Source: Candidatus Saccharimonadales bacterium (GTDB taxonomy: Bacteria > Patescibacteriota > Saccharimonadia > Saccharimonadales > UBA10212). From it: 64,000 nt of DNA. The translations under genes and the position numbers were made by a program. Numbering within the stretch: the stretch's first letter is position 1; each line of letters opens with the position of its first letter. A model generated the notes under the pieces. The model had not been told where the DNA came from and ran no database searches. It was given only the letters and a program-made list of their open reading frames with translations. Below, one piece after another: positions 18,357-28,069 of the stretch. Location of the stretch: NCBI GenBank assembly GCA_036507655.1, contig DATCIS010000019.1, positions 10,736 to 74,735 of the forward strand, in the 5' to 3' direction.

Positions 18357-18760
18357 AAAGCCCCCAAATCCTGAAGTGTCTGTTTAATGCCGGCTAGGGC
18401 GTTCTTGGCTTCACTCTTCCGTATCCGTACGTTCGGTTCGTGTACCAATCGGTTGCGCAGCTTATGGGCATACCAAGCGCTATCGTTATTACTTAGCGCT
18501 CGCTGGGCAGCTACTAAGCGCTCACCCATAGTTTTGCCTTTGTAACCTTTCCGCTTAAGGGCTTCATCCAGCAGTTTATCGGCGTCAATAACGGCCAGCG
18601 TCATACCCTCAACTGTTTTGACACGGGTTAAAAGTTCTGTCCACCTCCTCTCAAAATACCGTCGGTTAAGGGGCTGGACAAATCGGCGGCCAAAACGGCT
18701 AAGTAGGATTAGTATCAGAATGCCAAAGACTATAGCGCCGATTAAGAAAACAGTTGTCAT
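18353..18760 (-). CDS. hypothetical single-pass membrane protein inserted between gatA and gatB; helical cytoplasmic domain with an RNRLVH (Rx4H) motif
   Basis: 135 aa; TM VFLIGAIVFGILILILL; 4-bp overlaps with gatA stop and gatB start (translational coupling). Confidence 0.5.
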   Translation of the reverse strand: MTTVFLIGAIVFGILILILLSRFGRRFVQPLNRRYFERRWTELLTRVKTVEGMTLAVIDADKLLDEALKRKGYKGKTMGERLVAAQRALSNNDSAWYAHKLRNRLVHEPNVRIRKSEAKNALAGIKQTLQDLGAL

Positions 18761-20187
18761 TTCAGCGCCTCAAACGCCTTAGAGATTGACAACAGATTAC
18801 GGTCGGCTCGCTGCGGCGCGATAATTTGTAGCCCAACAGGCAGTTCATCGTGCCTGTCAACCGGCAGGCTAATAGCCGGATTGCCCGAAATGTTAGCTGC
18901 TACGGTCATTATGTCGCTGAGGTACATCTGGAGTGGATCAGCAGTCCGCTCACCAATCTTGAAGGCTACATTTGGCGCGGTTGGGCCAATTAGAAAATCA
19001 AACTGTTCGAAGGCTGTTTTGAAGTCGTTGATAATTTTTGTGCGCACGGTTTGGGCTTTTTTATAGTAGGCCTCGTAGTAACCGCTTGAAAGCACATAGG
19101 CACCGATCATGATGCGCCTCTTAGCCTCAGCGCCGAAACCGGCTTCACGGCTCAGAAAGTAGCTGTCTTCAAGGTTTTTGGCTTCAGTTGTGCTTAAGCC
19201 GTACCTTTGACCGTCATAACGCGCCAAATTACTGCTGACTTCTGCTGGACAAACGATATAATAAACCGCCAGTGCCAGCGGCAGACTGGGCAGGCTCACT
19301 TCTCTGATCTCGCCGCCAGCGGCGCGCATTTTTTCAATCGCCGCTTCAACCGATTGTCTTACTCCGGGCTCAAGCCCTTGGCTCATGTACTCGCGAATAA
19401 TGCCAATTCTGACATTATTCAGCCGATAGCCATTGGCCGATAGCCGATAGCCTTTTGCGTCGCTTTCGATGGTTGTTGAATCGAGCTCGTCTTTTCCGGC
19501 CATGACCTCGAGCACAATAGCGGTGTCATCTACGGTCCTGGCCAACGGGCCAATGACATCGGTACTGCTGGCCATGGCTACAACTCCCGAGCGTGATACC
19601 AACCCGTATGTCGGTTTATAACCAACGACCCCGCAAAAGGCCGCCGGAAGACGGATTGAACCACCAGTATCTGTGCCGATCGCGAATGGTACAGCTTTTA
19701 GGGCCACAACTACGGCCGAGCCGCCCGAACTGCCACCAGGTACACGCGTCTTATCATGTGGGTTTTTGGTTACAAAAAAATCGCTGTTTTCGGTGCTGCT
19801 GCCATGCGCCCAGGCATCTAGGTTGGCCTTTGCTACACAGATGGCACCGGCGGCTTCTAAGCGCTCGATAGCGGTCGCTTGGTATGGCGCTTCAAAGTCC
19901 TTCAACATATTGGATGCTGCCGTCGTTTTGCCTTCGAGGGTCAGAAAATTATCTTTGGCTACAAACGGCACCCCAGCCAGTGAGCCGATTTTTTCACCTC
20001 TGACTATTCTTGAATCGATGTCTTCAGCCCGCTCTAGTGCACGCTCTTTTAGATATGAGATAACCGCGTCATATTCGGCGGCGGCTTCGAGATTATTCAG
20101 CGCTTCTTGGACCAGATTTTTAGCGCCCAGTTCGCCGCTTTGTACCTTGCTGGCAATATCAGCGATCGGTAAATCGAGTACCCCCAT
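18757..20187 (-). CDS. gatA: Asp-tRNA(Asn)/Glu-tRNA(Gln) amidotransferase subunit A
   Basis: 476 aa amidase signature family (GGSSGGSAVVVA); carries a GYRLSANGYRL insertion encoded by the GCCGATAGCC repeats. Confidence 0.95.
   Translation of the reverse strand: MGVLDLPIADIASKVQSGELGAKNLVQEALNNLEAAAEYDAVISYLKERALERAEDIDSRIVRGEKIGSLAGVPFVAKDNFLTLEGKTTAASNMLKDFEAPYQATAIERLEAAGAICVAKANLDAWAHGSSTENSDFFVTKNPHDKTRVPGGSSGGSAVVVALKAVPFAIGTDTGGSIRLPAAFCGVVGYKPTYGLVSRSGVVAMASSTDVIGPLARTVDDTAIVLEVMAGKDELDSTTIESDAKGYRLSANGYRLNNVRIGIIREYMSQGLEPGVRQSVEAAIEKMRAAGGEIREVSLPSLPLALAVYYIVCPAEVSSNLARYDGQRYGLSTTEAKNLEDSYFLSREAGFGAEAKRRIMIGAYVLSSGYYEAYYKKAQTVRTKIINDFKTAFEQFDFLIGPTAPNVAFKIGERTADPLQMYLSDIMTVAANISGNPAISLPVDRHDELPVGLQIIAPQRADRNLLSISKAFEALK
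19421..19452. repeat. three copies of GCCGATAGCC inside gatA (in-frame coding repeat GYRLSANGYRL)
   Basis: agccgatagccattggccgatagccgatagcc on plus strand = GYRLSANGYRL on the minus coding strand. Confidence 0.6.
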
Positions 20188-20189
20188 AA

Positions 20190-20483
20190 CTACTCAATAA
20201 CCCGTTTTACTTTGTACTGATTTTTTTCGGTCGCCGGAGCGCCAGCCAGTAAGCCATGAGGATTGGCATGGTAATCAATAGCTTCATCGTCACGCATGAC
20301 GTTCCTAAGCCCGGTGACTTGGTATGTTGGTTTTAAGCCGTCTGTATCGGCTTGGTTGAGCATTTCAACATAAGCCAGGATTTCGCTCAACTCTTTGGCG
20401 AAGCGTTCGATTTCTTGGTCGGTCAACTTTAGCCGGCTTAAATGAGCCAATTTTAAGACTTGGTCTGCCGAGAGCTTACTCAT
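20190..20483 (-). CDS. gatC: Asp-tRNA(Asn)/Glu-tRNA(Gln) amidotransferase subunit C
   Basis: 97 aa; typical GatC; 2-bp gap to gatA. Confidence 0.85.
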   Translation of the reverse strand: MSKLSADQVLKLAHLSRLKLTDQEIERFAKELSEILAYVEMLNQADTDGLKPTYQVTGLRNVMRDDEAIDYHANPHGLLAGAPATEKNQYKVKRVIE

Positions 20484-20606
20484 AATCTGTAGGTAAGTAT
20501 AGCAAAGCTAGAGTTTAGATTTCACTCTTACCCCGCACCAAAGCATGAGCGGAGTAGTCGGTAATCGGATTATGGAGCTTCAAGTTTTTGGTGCTGGGGT
20601 CGGCGA

Positions 20607-22577
20607 TTATAATTTACCCTTCACTTCTTCTATGAGGTCGCGTAGTTCGGCGGCTTTTTCGAACTCCAAATTGGCAGCCGCCAAATCCATCTGTGAAGTT
20701 AGATCTCGAATCATATAGTCGTACTCCTCTTTAGGAATTTTTTTCAAATCAATTTTCATCCGCTTGCTGACGGATTCTTCCTTGACCGCTCTCGGCAGCA
20801 TTTCCACGACCTCTCGCTCGATGCTCTTAGGTGTAATTTTGTGCTTTTGGTTGTAAGCTTCTTGAATCTCGCGGCGGCGATTGGTTTCGTCTATTGCCCG
20901 ATGCATGCTGCCTGTTTGGCTATTGGCATACATGATGACATGGCCTTTTACGTGCCTTGCAGCCCGGCCGACTGTCTGGATTAAAGATTGTTCGGAGCGC
21001 AAAAATCCTTCTTTGTCAGCGTCGAGGATAGCCACCAGGCTAACTTCTGGCAAATCTAAACCTTCACGCAACAGATTGATTCCCACCAAGACATCGTAAA
21101 CCCCTAAACGTAAATCACGTAGAATATCAGTTCTCTCCAGGGTGTCGATTTCGGAATGCAGATACATTACTTTTATGTCCAAATCAGCCAAATATTCCGC
21201 TAAATCTTCGGCCATGCGTTTGGTAAGCGTAGTTACCAAAACTCGCTGTTTTTTACTGACTGTATCCTTAATTTCAGCAATTAAGTCATCGATTTGGCCT
21301 TCGGTTTTGCGGACATCGATTTGCGGGTCGAGCAAACCGGTCGGACGGATAATCTGCGCTGCCGGTTCCGGACTACGCGACAGTTCGTATTCCGCTGGTG
21401 TGGCACTGACATAAATTACATGGTTTATGTGGCGTTCGAATTCACTGAATGTCAACGGGCGGTTATCGAGCGCGCTTGGCAGGCGGAAACCGTGTTCCAC
21501 CAGAACTTGCTTGCGTGAACGGTCGCCGTGATACATGCCGCGTACTTGCGGCATGGTCATATGTGACTCATCAATGAACATCAAAAAGTCATCAGGGAAA
21601 TAGTCGAGCAAAGTCGCTGGCTGCTCGCCTTCTTCGCGATCTGTCAAATAGCGGCTGTAGTTCTCAATCCCTTTCACAAACCCGGTTTGCTCGAGCATTT
21701 CGATATCAAACTTAACTCGCTGTTCCAAGCGCTGGGCTTCCAGGAGTTTCCCGTGGTCTTTGAACCACTTAAGCCGCTGCCTAGTCTCTGCTTGGATTTT
21801 GACAATCGCCCGTTTGAGCTTCTCTTCCGGGGTCACGAAGTGGCTGCCTGGATAAATACTTAACAAGTCAAGCGATTTCTCAATTTCGCCAGTCAGTGGA
21901 TTAATTCGGGTCATACGCTCGACCTCATCGCCGAAGAATTCAATTCGATAGGCCGCTTCGTCACCAGCCGGAAAGACATCGACCACATCGCCGCGTACTC
22001 TGAAATTACCGCGTTCAAATGCCATATCATTACGGCGATACTGGATATCGGTTAGTTGCCGCATGAGTTTATCGCGCACTCTACGCTGGCCTTTCTTGAT
22101 TTTAATCGTCATGTTAGTGTAATCCTCTACCGATCCGATACCGTAAATGCAAGAGACGCTGGCTACTATAATCACGTCACGCCGCGACAGTAACGCCTCG
22201 GTCGCGGCGTGACGCAGCCGGTCGATTTCCTCATTAATGTCACTATCTTTTTCTATATAAGTGTCAGTCCGCGGCACGTAAGCTTCGGGCTGATAATAAT
22301 CGAAGTAACTAACGAAGTAGTGAACGGCGTTATTAGGGAAAAACTGGCGAAATTCGTTGTAAAGTTGAGCAGCCAGAGTTTTGTTGTGGCTAAGAACCAG
22401 TGTCGGCCTTTGGGTATTAGCAATGATATTAGCCATGGTGAAAGTCTTACCACTACCGGTAACACCTAGTAGAACTTGCTGATTGTCACCGGCATTTAAA
22501 CCTTCACTCAATTTAGCAATCGCCGTCGGCTGGTCTCCCGTTGGCCTATACTTACTCTTAAGCCTAAACTTGCTCAC
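20607..22577 (-). CDS. uvrB: excinuclease ABC subunit B
   Basis: 656 aa; Walker [14 protein letters not shown], helicase motifs, C-terminal UVR domain [22 protein letters not shown]. Confidence 0.95.
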   Translation of the reverse strand: MSKFRLKSKYRPTGDQPTAIAKLSEGLNAGDNQQVLLGVTGSGKTFTMANIIANTQRPTLVLSHNKTLAAQLYNEFRQFFPNNAVHYFVSYFDYYQPEAYVPRTDTYIEKDSDINEEIDRLRHAATEALLSRRDVIIVASVSCIYGIGSVEDYTNMTIKIKKGQRRVRDKLMRQLTDIQYRRNDMAFERGNFRVRGDVVDVFPAGDEAAYRIEFFGDEVERMTRINPLTGEIEKSLDLLSIYPGSHFVTPEEKLKRAIVKIQAETRQRLKWFKDHGKLLEAQRLEQRVKFDIEMLEQTGFVKGIENYSRYLTDREEGEQPATLLDYFPDDFLMFIDESHMTMPQVRGMYHGDRSRKQVLVEHGFRLPSALDNRPLTFSEFERHINHVIYVSATPAEYELSRSPEPAAQIIRPTGLLDPQIDVRKTEGQIDDLIAEIKDTVSKKQRVLVTTLTKRMAEDLAEYLADLDIKVMYLHSEIDTLERTDILRDLRLGVYDVLVGINLLREGLDLPEVSLVAILDADKEGFLRSEQSLIQTVGRAARHVKGHVIMYANSQTGSMHRAIDETNRRREIQEAYNQKHKITPKSIEREVVEMLPRAVKEESVSKRMKIDLKKIPKEEYDYMIRDLTSQMDLAAANLEFEKAAELRDLIEEVKGKL

Positions 22578-22605
22578 CTATCAATTGTAGCAAGCTGAAC
22601 TTCTT

Positions 22606-23181
22606 CTAGCCTTGTTCGTACAAAGAGCGGTAGTGGTGGTTGTGTTTATCGAGTAAAGCAGTCAATCGGCTGATTAGTTTTTCCGGGTCTTCTTCAAAGA
22701 TAACTAGATCGGGGTCGGCGTTTGGCAAGAGCTTCAGTAAGCTCCCTATCTGCGCGCTGACACCGCCAGCACTTTCTAACACTCCGATCGGAGTATGGGT
22801 TTCGGCGGCAATCGTAAATTCGTGTAACGTGCCCAAACGGCCGCCAATCGTCACAACCGCATCGGCTGAATGAATCAGCAGGGCATCTCGGCCGCCATAG
22901 TGAAGCCCGGTATATAAAATCGCATCGTAATTTTTGAACGGTAGTCGGTATTTGACAACGTGTTCAGCTTTAGATGCCGCCGGGCTTAAGCCCAGGCTCA
23001 TTTTGCCACCGGCAGACTTGAAACCGGCGGCGGCATAATCTGGCAGTCCGGCTGTGGCTCCGGTCATCAAGCTATGGCCGGCTTTGGCTATGGCGATGCC
23101 GATGGCGTTGGCTAATTGGGCACCCTGCTCTACGCTGTCTCCTTTAGCCGCCCCGGAGACACAGATCTGATATTTTCCCAT
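22606..23181 (-). CDS. LOG/TIGR00725-like Rossmann-fold nucleotide-binding protein
   Basis: 191 aa; N-terminal ICVSGAAKG glycine-rich loop and TIGGRLGTLHE region typical of the LOG/DprA-like SLOG fold. Confidence 0.5.
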   Translation of the reverse strand: MGKYQICVSGAAKGDSVEQGAQLANAIGIAIAKAGHSLMTGATAGLPDYAAAGFKSAGGKMSLGLSPAASKAEHVVKYRLPFKNYDAILYTGLHYGGRDALLIHSADAVVTIGGRLGTLHEFTIAAETHTPIGVLESAGGVSAQIGSLLKLLPNADPDLVIFEEDPEKLISRLTALLDKHNHHYRSLYEQG

Positions 23182-23183
23182 AC

Positions 23184-24236
23184 TTACTCCGGACCAGCGT
23201 ATTCTTCGGCTAAATCGGCGTTAGTTGGTAGGACAGCTAATTCATCATGGCTGAAGTTATATTGAATATCTGGTGCTCTATCCGATAACGACCCAGCTAT
23301 TCTCCGATAGCGGGCCATAAGTTCACTCCACAGTGAATGCGCCCCATGGTGCCTGACAGCTTCAATCAGCTCGTGATGCTTAAGATGGTTGAGCGATACA
23401 TCTTTAAGGTTAAGCGACACTGGTTGTTCGTCGTCGGAAATCAAATGCTCGGTATCCGCCCACCAACCCAAGCCCGGACTTAACTCATGCAGGGCTTCAG
23501 AGTAACCCTTTGGATTTAATGAATGCAGACCCGCCAAAAGCAGCAGGGTTAGGCATAATACCGAAGCCTGGTTTAATTCTTCCGAAGGCCATACGGATAC
23601 AACGCCGATTTGTTGGTTGATTACAAAGTGAGACTGCGGACCCTTTAAACCCCGCCAGTGTTCGGCTTTAAGGTTTATTATTTTTGCCGGGCGCAGTTCG
23701 TACTGAGAAGCACTCAACTTGGGCAGATTTTTAGCGACATTTCTCTGCCAGGTGGTTGATTCCAGAACCGAACCGGCCAAGAATATCTCTGAGATATCTT
23801 GGCGTTTAATCATCGAGGCAACCGAACGATAGTGTAGACGCCTAGCGACGCGTTTTGGCGGGTATTTGACGAGGGTGGCCTTGGCAACGGCATTCTTGAC
23901 CACCCACACCTCGTCTGTTGAGGCGCAATGCTTCACAAGCTGGATGGCCTTGTTTAGGCGTTCGCTGAGCTTGGTAGAGTCATCGACTCCTAGTGCTTTA
24001 TCTAGTATCTGCGAATCTCTTTCGAACCGAGCTTGAAGCGCATGGTAAAGTTCTTCGTCGGTGGTGTCGTTTGCATCCAAACCAAGCTGCTCAATTTTAC
24101 TGCGCAGCTTATGTTTATTTTCGGCCATCAGCCTGATATCTTCGCTGGAAAAACCACATTGCTCTTCCAATACTGACAGGTCTTTGGCGACTTCCTCCTC
24201 ATGCTTATCTAGAAGTTTGGCCAGATTCCTTGACAT
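23184..24236 (-). CDS. hypothetical protein
   Basis: 350 aa, no recognisable motif; 2-bp spacing to both neighbours. Confidence 0.45.
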   Translation of the reverse strand: MSRNLAKLLDKHEEEVAKDLSVLEEQCGFSSEDIRLMAENKHKLRSKIEQLGLDANDTTDEELYHALQARFERDSQILDKALGVDDSTKLSERLNKAIQLVKHCASTDEVWVVKNAVAKATLVKYPPKRVARRLHYRSVASMIKRQDISEIFLAGSVLESTTWQRNVAKNLPKLSASQYELRPAKIINLKAEHWRGLKGPQSHFVINQQIGVVSVWPSEELNQASVLCLTLLLLAGLHSLNPKGYSEALHELSPGLGWWADTEHLISDDEQPVSLNLKDVSLNHLKHHELIEAVRHHGAHSLWSELMARYRRIAGSLSDRAPDIQYNFSHDELAVLPTNADLAEEYAGPE

Positions 24237-24237
24237 G

Positions 24238-25248
24238 TCAGCCCAACCTCACTGGGCGGTAATCTTCCGGGGCAATCCGCAGATAGTGTTCGATTTCGCG
24301 ATCTGTCAGTAGACCGGCTTGGGCGCCGACTTTCTGAACTACACTCATGGCGTTAATCGGTGCCCAAAGCAGCGCGCCGGCGATGTCGGCGCCTCTAATT
24401 ACGGCGGCTACGAAGGTCGAGCTAAAAGCATCACCGGCTCCCGTGCGGTCATAAGGTGGTTTTGGGTCGGGATAAATCGGCATTTTGTAGCGGCTAGCGC
24501 CATCGCTGGCATAGGCGCCTTTTGGCCCATCGCTAACCAGTACAATTTTTGGGCCAAGCTCATGCAGCTTGTCGAGTAATTCATGGATGTCATCTTCGTA
24601 ACGCTTACCAGCAATCTCGGCAGCCTCTTGGCGATTGACGGCCAGTATCTCGCTGCGGACATAAATTCGCCTTAGTCGCTGCGCTCCGGCTTCGAGCTGG
24701 AAGGTACCTGGCTGAAAGACCAATTTAATTTCTGGATGTCGTTCTAGCCACTGCGCCAGCTCATCGTGGTACCCTAGAGCGTGCTGGCTGACCGAGCTGA
24801 AATATATCCATCGAGGAATATCGATTGATCTGAAGCGTGGCCAGTTATAATCGTATTCCTCGTGCTTAATCAAGATGGTGCGGTCTTCCCTGTACCAGAG
24901 CACGTAGTGATAGTTGCTCTTTTTTTTGGGGTTGATGTGGACGAAGCGCCTGTCGACTTTAGCATTATGGAGTGCCCGCAGGATATCACGCCCCCAATCA
25001 TCGTCACCGATGTTAGATACCAATCCGGATTGCAAACCCACCTTGGCAATGCAAACGGCGGCGTTAGAAGCATTGCCTACAGCTGGAACTATTGTTGCAT
25101 GGTCAAATGGAATTTTGGTGGCAAAAGCCATGCTCAAACGCGGCCCGTCATCGGTTTTTTCGACCTTGGCTTCGTTATCCAAAAGCTTTATAAAAACATC
25201 GGTCACTACATCACCTATTGCCAGCACATCGAGCTGTTTCTGCGCCAT
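24238..25248 (-). CDS. PfkB-family carbohydrate kinase (ribokinase-like)
   Basis: 336 aa; N-terminal LAIGDVVTDVF and C-terminal PfkB signature DRTGAGDAFSSTFVAAV. Confidence 0.8.
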   Translation of the reverse strand: MAQKQLDVLAIGDVVTDVFIKLLDNEAKVEKTDDGPRLSMAFATKIPFDHATIVPAVGNASNAAVCIAKVGLQSGLVSNIGDDDWGRDILRALHNAKVDRRFVHINPKKKSNYHYVLWYREDRTILIKHEEYDYNWPRFRSIDIPRWIYFSSVSQHALGYHDELAQWLERHPEIKLVFQPGTFQLEAGAQRLRRIYVRSEILAVNRQEAAEIAGKRYEDDIHELLDKLHELGPKIVLVSDGPKGAYASDGASRYKMPIYPDPKPPYDRTGAGDAFSSTFVAAVIRGADIAGALLWAPINAMSVVQKVGAQAGLLTDREIEHYLRIAPEDYRPVRLG

Positions 25249-25277
25249 AATTCTTACGCCTATTTTAACACAAGCGC

Positions 25278-26189
25278 CTAAGCAGGTTTGGCTTTGCCAG
25301 AGGAGCTAAACATGTCAATTTTGGACTCTACAACCTCTTGAACTTCGTCGATAACTTTACCCATTAGCTTAACAACGGCATACTCGCCTTTATTTTTCTT
25401 AAGGACCGATTCAAGAGTATCGCGATAAGCCACCCGCATATCGGAGTTGATGTTGATTTTAGCGACGCCGATTTTTACTGCCTCTACAAAGTAGTGCTTG
25501 GCGGTCCCGCTGCCACCATGCAGGGAGATATTACAATCAATCGCTTGGCGAATTTGGCATAGCAGATCGAGGTCAAGGATTTTTGGCACTGGATATTTGC
25601 CGTGCAGGTTGCCAATCTGGGCGGCAAAAGTATCAATCCCGGTCCGGGCTACAAAATCTGCCGCCTCTTCCGGTTTGGTCATATATTTTTTGACTTCTTG
25701 GTAGTCGATTTTCTCTTTATGTAGGTTGGATGAGCCCAAAAAATAACGCTCTTCGGCTTCCACTAGCGCGCCGGTAAGCTTGGCGGCTTGTACGACTTTC
25801 TTGGTCTCAGAAATAATTTCTTCGCGGCTGGCGCCGTGTTTGGCTTGTGAGATATCGATATGGATACACTCAAAGCCGGCTGTAATTCCGGCGATGGCAT
25901 TATCTACAGTCGGGCTATGGTCTAAGTTAATATACATCTCGACGCTGTACTGGCTTTTGTAGTTATCGACAAGGTCACGTACATTTTCTAGCCCCATTGC
26001 GTCAGCTTCGGTCTGGCTGACCTCGACCAAGACCGGGGCTTTTTTGGCAATCGCCGCCCGCACCACAGCAATCAGCGTTTCCTGGTTATCCAAGTTGAAA
26101 GCTCCCAGCGCAAAATGTTCTTTATTGGCCCGTTCAAATGCCGCCCGTGCAGCTTGGCAGTTTCTTCTGATCTCAGTAAGTATCGGCAT
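25278..26189 (-). CDS. fba: class II fructose-bisphosphate aldolase (ketose-bisphosphate aldolase family); start set at internal ATG (MPILTEIRR), 4-bp ATGA overlap with upstream tkt
   Basis: ALGAFNLDNQETLIAVVRAA, ISLHGGSG motifs of class II aldolases; ORF-track N-terminal 25 aa overlap the transketolase gene and are probably not translated. Confidence 0.85.
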   Translation of the reverse strand: MPILTEIRRNCQAARAAFERANKEHFALGAFNLDNQETLIAVVRAAIAKKAPVLVEVSQTEADAMGLENVRDLVDNYKSQYSVEMYINLDHSPTVDNAIAGITAGFECIHIDISQAKHGASREEIISETKKVVQAAKLTGALVEAEERYFLGSSNLHKEKIDYQEVKKYMTKPEEAADFVARTGIDTFAAQIGNLHGKYPVPKILDLDLLCQIRQAIDCNISLHGGSGTAKHYFVEAVKIGVAKININSDMRVAYRDTLESVLKKNKGEYAVVKLMGKVIDEVQEVVESKIDMFSSSGKAKPA

Positions 26190-26190
26190 T

Positions 26191-27171
26191 TTAATGTTTA
26201 TGGTTGGTGTGGTCCAAAAGTAAATGATGGGCGGCCAAGGCGATGTGGTCGGCATCCAGGCCAAAGTGCCGCAGCAGTTCCTCGGGCTGGCCGCTTTCGC
26301 CGAAGCGGTCTTTCATGCCAATCCTTAACATTGGGGTTGGCAACTTTTCACCTAGCAGTTCGGCGATGGCGCCACCGAGCCCGCCATTGATCTGGCCCTC
26401 TTCGGCTGTCACTACATGTCGGGTTTTATGGGCACTTGCTAGGATGGTTCTCTCATCGAGTGGTTTGACGGTTGGCACGTGAACAACCTCGGCTTCTATG
26501 CCGTCTTTGGCTAGAATCTTAGCCGCTTCCATAGCCTGGTAGGTCATTGTGCCAGTAGTAATCAAACTGACATCGATACCTTCTTTATAAACATAGGCTT
26601 TGCCAATCTCGAACGGTGTGTGCTCGGTAGTGAAGACCGGTGTGGCTTCGCGTGCCAGACGCATGTAATTGGGCTGTCTGTCGGCCGCCATGGCTAAAGT
26701 GGCTTTGGCAGCTTCATTACTGTCACAAGGAGCAATTACCACCATGTTTGGTAGAGCGCGCATCAGCGCTATATCTTCCAGCATCTGGTGTGTCGCGCCG
26801 TCCGGACCGACGCTGATACCGGCGTGCGAGCCGACTATTTTAACCGGCCGATCGTTAAGTGCAATGGTAGTTCTAATCTGCTCCCAGTTGCGCCCGGGGC
26901 TGAAAGCGGCGTAGCTTGAAACGAACGGAATCTTTCCCATAGCTGCCATACCGGCTCCGACAGTTACTAGGTTTTGTTCAGCTACGCCAACCTCGACAAA
27001 TCTTTCCGGAAAAGCCTCAGCGAACAGGTGCATCTGTGTTGATTCGGTCAAGTCGGCCACAATTCCGACGATATTTTCCCAGCGTTTTCCGGCCTCTAGA
27101 AGGCCTTTACCAAATCCCTTACGAATCGGCTCCAGTGTGTCCCAACTATGCGCCAGATGCATCTCACTCAT
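26191..27171 (-). CDS. tkt: transketolase, C-terminal (pyrimidine-binding/C-terminal) subunit of a split enzyme
   Basis: 326 aa; Pyr and TKC domains; 8-bp overlap with the N-terminal subunit gene. Confidence 0.9.
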   Translation of the reverse strand: MSEMHLAHSWDTLEPIRKGFGKGLLEAGKRWENIVGIVADLTESTQMHLFAEAFPERFVEVGVAEQNLVTVGAGMAAMGKIPFVSSYAAFSPGRNWEQIRTTIALNDRPVKIVGSHAGISVGPDGATHQMLEDIALMRALPNMVVIAPCDSNEAAKATLAMAADRQPNYMRLAREATPVFTTEHTPFEIGKAYVYKEGIDVSLITTGTMTYQAMEAAKILAKDGIEAEVVHVPTVKPLDERTILASAHKTRHVVTAEEGQINGGLGGAIAELLGEKLPTPMLRIGMKDRFGESGQPEELLRHFGLDADHIALAAHHLLLDHTNHKH

Positions 27172-28069
27172 GTTCGCTCCGGATTTTGCCGCCTAAAGTC
27201 CGTAGCTCTTTAAGCGCCTTTACGGCTTGTTCGTGGTTGGGTGGTGCACCGTGCCAATGGAAGTCGTACTCCATAAAATCGACGCCCTTACCCGGAACTG
27301 TGTGGGCGATAATCATCACTGGCTTTTCGACTATGGCCTTGGCCATATTGCAGGCGTCAATTACAGCATCGATGTCGTTGCCGTCAATCTCCACAACGTG
27401 CCAGCCGAAAGCCTCCCATTTATCCCGTAAGTTCTCCAGTGGCATAACAACTTCTGTCGGCCCGTCTATCTGGATATTGTTACGGTCGGCGATAGCAATA
27501 ATGTTGTTGAGTTTGTACTTGGCGGCAAACATAGCGCCTTCCCAGGTGTTGCCTTCATCTTGCTCGCCGTCGCTCATAATGCAATAAACCCAGCGATGTT
27601 GAGCTTTATCCATCCGCAGCGCCATGGCCATTCCAGCAGCCTGACTTAGACCGCTGCCCAACGGCCCGCTGGTAGTTTCCAGCCCCGGCAGCCGAAGCCG
27701 TTCGGGGTGACCTTGCAGGCGCGAGCCAAACTGCCTGAGCGTCATTAGCTCCTTCTTTTCAAAGTAACCAGCGTGCGCCATGGTTACATAGCGAACCGGC
27801 GTGCAGTGGCCGTTCGAAAGAATTAGAATATCGCGCTCATCCCATTCGGGGGTTTCCGGATCGTGCTTTAGTATTTCGAAATATAGTGCCGTAAAGATAT
27901 CAGCTAAACCAAGCGGCCCAGCTGAGTGGCCGCTGCCGGCGTGCTCGAGCATTTTAATTAAATCGATGCGGATTTCGTTGGCTTTTTTCTCTAACGCCGG
28001 CAAAGAATGGTGTTTTTGCTCTTTTGTCATCTTGCTTATGATTTTACGTTGTGCCGGTCTCTTCAGCAA
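27164..28069 (-). CDS. tkt: transketolase, N-terminal (thiamine-diphosphate-binding) subunit
   Basis: 301 aa; TPP-binding GDG motif region CIMSDGEQDEGNTWEG. Confidence 0.9.
   Translation of the reverse strand: MLKRPAQRKIISKMTKEQKHHSLPALEKKANEIRIDLIKMLEHAGSGHSAGPLGLADIFTALYFEILKHDPETPEWDERDILILSNGHCTPVRYVTMAHAGYFEKKELMTLRQFGSRLQGHPERLRLPGLETTSGPLGSGLSQAAGMAMALRMDKAQHRWVYCIMSDGEQDEGNTWEGAMFAAKYKLNNIIAIADRNNIQIDGPTEVVMPLENLRDKWEAFGWHVVEIDGNDIDAVIDACNMAKAIVEKPVMIIAHTVPGKGVDFMEYDFHWHGAPPNHEQAVKALKELRTLGGKIRSEHE

Noticed and set aside
25278-26264. ORF-track N-terminal extensions treated as real. Examples are fba from 26264, gap from 30679, GDPD from 31242, nrdH from 33874, rmuC from 43604, atpH from 59040 and atpD from 61884.
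   Set aside because: The extensions overlap upstream genes or hairpins, lack SD sequences and add non-conserved residues. Downstream starts with SD motifs and conserved N-termini were preferred.
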